The notes under the pieces were generated by a model, which did no database searches, had not been told where the DNA came from, and worked only from the letters and a program-made list of their open reading frames with translations. This document shows positions 59,160 to 64,000 of a stretch of 64,000 nt of DNA, one piece after another. Source of the stretch: Candidatus Woesearchaeota archaeon (GTDB lineage Archaea; Nanobdellota; Nanobdellia; SCGC-AAA011-G17; GW2011-AR20); assembly GCA_964359725.1 (NCBI GenBank), contig CAYHTT010000001.1, positions 14,618-78,617 of the forward strand, given 5' to 3'. Within the stretch, counting starts at the first letter, position 1. Each line of letters opens with the position of its first letter. Both the position numbers and the translations under genes were made by a program.

Positions 59160-59573
59160 ATGAAATATGATTACGAAAAATTATTAGAGCAAGCGAAGAA
59201 GAATTTACCCGAGATTAAAGTAGGCAGCGAAAGATTTGAAATTCCTAAAGTTACAGGTCATATTCAGGGTAATAAAACCATAATTTCAAATTTTGCAGCT
59301 ATAGCAAAAATATTTAATCGTGATCAAAATCATTTACTCAAATATTTATTAAGAGAATTAGCTACTCCAGGAAATGTAGATGGTCCTAGATTAATTCTTG
59401 GTAGAAAAATCTCTGCTTCATTAATAAATTCAAAAATCCAGCAATATGCAGAAGAATTTGTACTTTGTCCTGTATGCAAGAAACCAGATACAATATTAAA
59501 GAAAGAAGAACGTATTACAACAATGAAATGTATGGCTTGTGGCGCGAAAAATCCTGTTAAAACTAGAATATGA
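59160..59573 (+). CDS. Translation initiation factor 2 beta subunit (aIF2beta)
   Basis: 137 aa with C-terminal C4 zinc-ribbon (CPVCKKPDT...CMACGAKN) and an aIF2beta-like core. Confidence 0.7.
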   Translation: MKYDYEKLLEQAKKNLPEIKVGSERFEIPKVTGHIQGNKTIISNFAAIAKIFNRDQNHLLKYLLRELATPGNVDGPRLILGRKISASLINSKIQQYAEEFVLCPVCKKPDTILKKEERITTMKCMACGAKNPVKTRI

Positions 59574-59863
59574 TTTATTTAAAGAAAAATATTTCACAAG
59601 AATCAGAGGTTATTGCAATTTGTGATTCTGATTTAATAGGGAAAAAACTTTTTGATAAGGGATTAGTATTAGATATTACAGAGAGATTTTACAAAGGCGA
59701 ACTATTAAATGAAGAAGAAATAATCGAAATATTAAAAAATGCTAAAAATATTAATATAGTTGGTAAAGAAGCTGTAAAATTAGCATTAAAAATTGGAATA
59801 ATTGAAGAAGAAAATATATTAAAAATTCAAAACATACCACACGCTTTAGTATTTGGAATATGA
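59570..59863 (+). CDS. Conserved archaeal small protein (DUF424-like)
   Basis: 97 aa. AICDSDLIGK...VGKEAV...IPHALVFGI fits my memory of the DUF424 pattern. Confidence 0.4.
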   Translation: MIYLKKNISQESEVIAICDSDLIGKKLFDKGLVLDITERFYKGELLNEEEIIEILKNAKNINIVGKEAVKLALKIGIIEEENILKIQNIPHALVFGI

Positions 59864-60171
59864 TATATACAAATTCAATGTATTATGAAGGAATTTTACA
59901 GATACGTCCAAATAATGAAAAAGTTATTGAATATATTAAAGATGAAATAGAAAAAGCAGGAAATGTTTTTATTTCTCGCGAGATTGTAAAAAAATTTGGA
60001 ACAGATTTATACTTAACAAATAAATTTTTCTTAAGCCAATTATCTAATAAATTAAGAAAAAAATTTAATGGTGAAGTAAAACGCTCAAGAAGTTTGTATA
60101 AAATAAGTAGAATGACAAGTAAAGAATTAACTAGATTAACAATTTGTTTTAGACTTACAAAAGATTTATAA
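59860..60171 (+). CDS. Hypothetical protein
   Basis: 103-aa ORF that overlaps the previous stop by 4 nt. Confidence 0.3.
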   Translation: MIYTNSMYYEGILQIRPNNEKVIEYIKDEIEKAGNVFISREIVKKFGTDLYLTNKFFLSQLSNKLRKKFNGEVKRSRSLYKISRMTSKELTRLTICFRLTKDL

Positions 60172-60194
60172 AAAGAATTTCTGAATAATAATTT

Positions 60195-60503
60195 ATGGAA
60201 CAACCTCAAGAAGAAATCAGAATAAAAACTCCAAGAGGCAATCAAGTACTCGGGTTAATAGAGCAAAGACTAGGTGGAAGTAGAATGCGAGTAAAATGTT
60301 TAGATGGAAAAATAAGAATTTGTAGAATTCCTGGAAGATTAAAAAGAAAACTCTGGATTAGAGAAGGTGATTTATTATTAATCGAGCCATGGGAATTTGA
60401 TAATGAAAGAGGAGATGTTATTTTTAAATATCAACCAAATCAAGTTGATTGGCTTAAGAGAAAAGGATATTTAAAAGAATTAGAAAATTTAGAAGAATTC
60501 TAG
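60195..60503 (+). CDS. Translation initiation factor 1A (aIF1A)
   Basis: S1-like OB fold: MRVKCLDGKIRICRIPGRLKRKLWIREGDLLLIEPWEF. Confidence 0.8.
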   Translation: MEQPQEEIRIKTPRGNQVLGLIEQRLGGSRMRVKCLDGKIRICRIPGRLKRKLWIREGDLLLIEPWEFDNERGDVIFKYQPNQVDWLKRKGYLKELENLEEF

Positions 60504-60505
60504 AT

Positions 60506-61027
60506 ATGGACGAAATTAGAATTCCAAAAGATAGAGTAGCAGTTCTTATAGGTAAAAAAGGAAAAACTAAAAAAGAGATTTCTCAAGCTACACATACAAA
60601 AATTAAAGTTGATTCAAAAGAGGGTGATGTTATAATTATAGGAGAAAATGGCTTAGATGTTTATAATGCTAAGAGAATTATACAGGCAATTGGTCGCGGT
60701 TTTAATCCCGATAAAGCTTTAGAATTATTAGAAGAGGATAAAGCATTTGAAATAATTAATATGCAAAATTATGCAAGAAATACAAAAGATGATTTAAAAA
60801 GAATAAAAGGCAGAATTATAGGAAGAAGAGGTAAAGCTAAAAAAATGATTGAGGATTTAGTTAATGTTAATTTATCAATTTATGGAAAAACAGTTAGCAT
60901 TATTGGTAAGCAAGAAAATGTTGATATAGCTAGACATGCAATATCTAATTTATTGTCTGGCAGCAAACACGGTAAAGTATATAATTATTTAGAAAAACAA
61001 AGGAAAAAGAAAAAATATATAATATAA
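60506..61027 (+). CDS. KH-domain RNA-binding protein (Dim2/Pno1-like)
   Basis: Two KH-like GxxG segments (IGKKGKTKKEI, IGRRGKAKKMI). The gene directly follows aIF1A, as is common in archaea. Confidence 0.65.
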   Translation: MDEIRIPKDRVAVLIGKKGKTKKEISQATHTKIKVDSKEGDVIIIGENGLDVYNAKRIIQAIGRGFNPDKALELLEEDKAFEIINMQNYARNTKDDLKRIKGRIIGRRGKAKKMIEDLVNVNLSIYGKTVSIIGKQENVDIARHAISNLLSGSKHGKVYNYLEKQRKKKKYII

Positions 61028-61059
61028 GAACTATAACCTTTATAAATTAGTTAATAACT

Positions 61060-62652
61060 TTGTTTCTTATGAAAGCTGAAAAGAGAAGTGATATAGTAGC
61101 ATTAGAATTAGCCAAGCAACAACGCGAGATTAGTATATCAGAATTTTTCTTAAAAAACAGGCATTTACTTGGTTTCGATAATCCTACACGTGCTTTAATG
61201 ATGGTTGTTAAAGAAGCTTGTGATAATTCTTTAGACGCTTGTACAGATATGAGGGTTTTGCCTGAGATAAAAGTTGAACTTACTCAATTAGCAGAAGATA
61301 GATTTAAAGTTGTAGTTGAAGATAATGGACCAGGTATAGTTAAACAACAAATTCCAAATATATTCGGTAAATTATTATATGGAAGTAAATTTTATACTTT
61401 AAAACAAAATCGTGGTTCTCAGGGTATTGGGATAAGTGCAGCTGTTCTTTACTCACAACTTACAACAGGAAAACCAACTAAAATTTATTCTAGAATAAGC
61501 CCCAAAAAATCCGCACATTACTTTGAATTACAAATTGATACTAAAAAAAATGAGCCACGAGTTTTAAAGGATAATGAAATAAATTGGAATAAAGACCATG
61601 GTACTAAAATTGAACTTGAGATAGAAGGACGTTATTTAAAAGGAAAACAAAGTGTTGATGAGTACATAAAACAAACAGCTATTGTGAATCCCCATGCTAC
61701 TATTATCTACATTACACCTGAAAAAGAGAAATTTGAATACAAAAGAGTAACAGAAGAATTACCAAAAGAAGCTAAAGAAATTAAACCACATCCTTATGGA
61801 ATCGAGTTAGGACAATTAATCAAGATGTTACATGATACTCGTGCAAATACTTTACAAGGTTTTTTACAAAGTGATTTTTCTAGAATAGGTCAACTAACAG
61901 CTAAAGAAATATGTAATAAAGCAAAGTTAAAACAAGATGAAAAACCAAAAAAATTAGAGCATAAACAAATTGAAGTATTGTTTAAAGCATTACAAGAAAC
62001 TAAAATAATAAGCCCATCAAGTGATTGTTTAAGTCCTATTGGAGCTGAATTATTAGAAAAAGAATTAAGAAAAGAAATTAATGCTGATTTTTATGTTACA
62101 ATATCTAGAAGCCCAGCTGTTTATAGGGGAATGCCTTTTATTATTGAAACAGGAATGGCTTATGGTGGTGAGTTAGATAAAGAAAGCCAAGTTAGATTAA
62201 TGAGACTTGCTAATAGAGTACCTTTACTTTATCAACAAGGTGCTTGTGCAATTACAGAAGCTGTTACAGAAACAAATTGGAAACCATATGAATTACAACA
62301 AAGTGGAAATAATTTACCAGTAGGGCCAACTCTAATCTTAGTTCATATTGCAAGCGTTTGGGTTCCATTTACAAGCGAGGCAAAAGAAGCAGTAGCTCAT
62401 TACGATGAAATTATTAAAGAAATTAAATTAGCATTGCAAGAATGTGGAAGAAAGTTAAGTATTTATATTCATAAGCATATTAGAGCAGCAGAGCAACGTG
62501 ATAAAATAGATTTATTTGAAAAATACATTCCAGAATTATCAAATGCTTTATCAAATCTAACAAATTATAAAAAAGAATTATTACAAGAAAAATTACAAAA
62601 ATTATTAAAAAAAGAACTTCCAACTTTAGAATCTGAAAATGAAAAAAAGTAA
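61060..62652 (+). CDS. top6B: DNA topoisomerase VI subunit B
   Basis: GHKL ATPase motifs (ACDNSLDA, DNGPGI, GSQGIGIS) and transducer domain. Confidence 0.85.
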   Translation: MFLMKAEKRSDIVALELAKQQREISISEFFLKNRHLLGFDNPTRALMMVVKEACDNSLDACTDMRVLPEIKVELTQLAEDRFKVVVEDNGPGIVKQQIPNIFGKLLYGSKFYTLKQNRGSQGIGISAAVLYSQLTTGKPTKIYSRISPKKSAHYFELQIDTKKNEPRVLKDNEINWNKDHGTKIELEIEGRYLKGKQSVDEYIKQTAIVNPHATIIYITPEKEKFEYKRVTEELPKEAKEIKPHPYGIELGQLIKMLHDTRANTLQGFLQSDFSRIGQLTAKEICNKAKLKQDEKPKKLEHKQIEVLFKALQETKIISPSSDCLSPIGAELLEKELRKEINADFYVTISRSPAVYRGMPFIIETGMAYGGELDKESQVRLMRLANRVPLLYQQGACAITEAVTETNWKPYELQQSGNNLPVGPTLILVHIASVWVPFTSEAKEAVAHYDEIIKEIKLALQECGRKLSIYIHKHIRAAEQRDKIDLFEKYIPELSNALSNLTNYKKELLQEKLQKLLKKELPTLESENEKK

Positions 62653-63721
62653 ATCTGAAGAAAGATTAAAAGAACTTGGCTTAAAGGTAATTAAAGACGT
62701 TGAAAAGAATAAAAATCCAAGTATTACAGTGCCAATAAGAGCTTTAAGTAATGTTATATTTAATGAAAAAACTAAAACTTTAGAATTGGGAAATAAAACC
62801 TCTAACAGATTTTTCTTCAACGTTGCTCATGCTAAAAAATTCTTACAAACTATTGAAGTAGCTAGTATAAGTAAAAATTTAATTGAAGAAGGAAAGCATG
62901 CAAGTTTAAGGGATGTGTTTTATATGGCTAAACGTACTATTCCTGAAACAAATGTTAATTTAGTTGATGATCAAAGTGAAAGTGATGATATAATAGAAGA
63001 TTTAGAATTAGTTACAGGTAATTCAAGAGAGCAATTACATGTTAATGCAAATAAAAATGGAAGTGTTGTAGGAAAAGTTACAATAGAAGATTCTGGTGAT
63101 ATAATAAGATGGGATAAATTAGGATCAGGAGGATGGAGTATTCCTAGTAACGTTGAAGATATTAAATTTAAAAATGTAAATGCAAAATATGTAATTTATA
63201 TGGAAAAAGCAGCTGTTTGGGAAAGATTAAACGAAGATAAATTTTGGAATAAACAAAATTGCATCCTTTTAAGTTCACAAGGTCAAACAACCAGGGGAAT
63301 AAGAAGACTGTTACAAAGGTTGTATGAAGAACACAAACTTCCAATTTATGTCCTCTGTGATTTTGATATTTTTGGTGCTTATATCTATTCTGTTATAAAA
63401 TATGGTAGTATTAATTTAGCGCATGCTTCCGAACACATGGCAATACCAAGTGTGAGATATTTAGGGATAACCGCACAGGATATAGAAAAATATGATTTAA
63501 AAAAGCATTTAATTAAATTAAATGATAAAGATATTGCAAGAATAAAGCAAGTTTCTGAATATGAATGGTTCAAGAATAATAAGGCATGGCAACAACAATT
63601 TAAAATGATGAAACAAATGAATGCAAAAGCTGAAATTCAGGCATTAAGTGCTCGTGGTATTACTTTTATTTCTGAAAAATATTTACCAGAGAAGATTAAG
63701 AATAAAGATTTTATTGATTAG
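62639..63721 (+). CDS. top6A: DNA topoisomerase VI subunit A (Spo11-like)
   Basis: 5Y-CAP region with the catalytic Tyr area, and the Toprim E/DxD (YMEKAAVW ... LCDFDIFG). It overlaps top6B by 14 nt. Confidence 0.85.
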   Translation: MKKSKSEERLKELGLKVIKDVEKNKNPSITVPIRALSNVIFNEKTKTLELGNKTSNRFFFNVAHAKKFLQTIEVASISKNLIEEGKHASLRDVFYMAKRTIPETNVNLVDDQSESDDIIEDLELVTGNSREQLHVNANKNGSVVGKVTIEDSGDIIRWDKLGSGGWSIPSNVEDIKFKNVNAKYVIYMEKAAVWERLNEDKFWNKQNCILLSSQGQTTRGIRRLLQRLYEEHKLPIYVLCDFDIFGAYIYSVIKYGSINLAHASEHMAIPSVRYLGITAQDIEKYDLKKHLIKLNDKDIARIKQVSEYEWFKNNKAWQQQFKMMKQMNAKAEIQALSARGITFISEKYLPEKIKNKDFID

Positions 63722-63771
63722 CAACGAGTATTAGAAACATTTTTAAAGAATTTCTGACGATTTTATTTTAT

Positions 63772-63857
63772 GCCCCGGTAGCTCAGTCTGGTAGAGCACA
63801 TGGCTGTTAGAGAATGTAGAAACCATGCGGTCGTCGGTTCAAATCCGGCCTGGGGCG
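63772..63857 (+). tRNA. tRNA-Asn(GUU) with a 12-nt intron at the canonical 37/38 position
   Basis: Acceptor GCCCCGG/CTGGGGC (one G-U), the same D-arm as tRNA-Lys, anticodon stem CATGG/CCATG, and T-arm GTCGG-TTCAAAT-CCGGC. Removing GAGAATGTAGAA leaves the loop CTGTTAA. An alternative excision giving Tyr-GUA is less canonical. Confidence 0.6.
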
Positions 63858-63860
63858 CTT

Positions 63861-63936
63861 GGGGCTGTAGTTCAGCCTGGTCTAGAACGCTACTCTGATA
63901 AGGTAGAGGTCGGAAGTTCAAATCTTCCCAGCCCCA
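63861..63936 (+). tRNA. tRNA-Ile(GAU), intronless
   Basis: Acceptor GGGGCTG/CAGCCCC, D-arm GTTC-AGCCTGGTCTA-GAAC, anticodon arm CTACT-CTGATAA-GGTAG, T-arm GGAAG-TTCAAAT-CTTCC. It lies 3 nt after tRNA-Asn. Confidence 0.8.
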
Positions 63937-64000
63937 CTTTTTATTATAAAATGAAAATCTTATTTATATGTAGAGCAAACTTACAAAGAAGTCCTACAGC

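Noticed and set aside
1-64000. CRISPR array, rRNA genes and IS/transposase genes
   Set aside because: No regularly spaced direct repeats with unique spacers and no rRNA-like GC-rich structured stretch were seen. No transposase motifs such as DDE/RNase H or OrfB were found. The only recombinase is the Xer-like tyrosine recombinase.

Overview
This is a very AT-rich archaeal chromosomal segment. Both PolB and PolD, Orc1/Cdc6, MCM, RFC, TBP, TopoVI, aIF1A/aIF2beta and intron-containing tRNAs are present. The small, reduced gene set suggests a DPANN-like lineage, but that is inference. The window is dominated by information-processing genes.

Replication and repair core:
- A minus-strand orc1/cdc6-polD small-polD large operon (6.1-12.4 kb) with a candidate oriC just upstream.
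- A rfcS-x-rfcL operon, fen1, polB, and a tbp-mcm-RPA32-like-aIF2beta cluster.
- top6B/top6A, a topo IA gene and a radB-like ATPase gene.

Translation and protein turnover:
- Aminoacyl-tRNA synthetases TyrRS, SerRS and IleRS.
- LonB, Cdc48, HtpX, MetAP2 and SOD.

RNA genes:
- Three tRNAs: Lys-CUU with a non-canonically placed 14-nt intron, Asn-GUU with a 12-nt intron, and Ile-GAU.

Between lon (about 15.5 kb) and tRNA-Lys (27.8 kb) lies an accessory stretch of mostly hypothetical genes. It contains a PIN-like protein, RadC, a XerA-like tyrosine recombinase, and a tightly overlapping three-gene cassette (21.0-23.9 kb). The cassette encodes a Cas4-like Fe-S PD-(D/E)xK nuclease, a MazG-like NTP pyrophosphatase, and a DUF2075/Schlafen-like nuclease-helicase. 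It is the best candidate for an undescribed defence module.

Other notable points:
- A RadB-like ATPase gene overlaps a gene for a membrane-anchored Lon S16 protease domain, a split arrangement reminiscent of bacterial RadA/Sms.
- An 87-nt perfect repeat lies between the two AAA domains of cdc48.
- Two small ORFs absent from the supplied track were found: a 44-aa eight-Cys mini-protein and a basic peptide with an in-frame TAA stop.
- No CRISPR array, rRNA gene or intein was seen.
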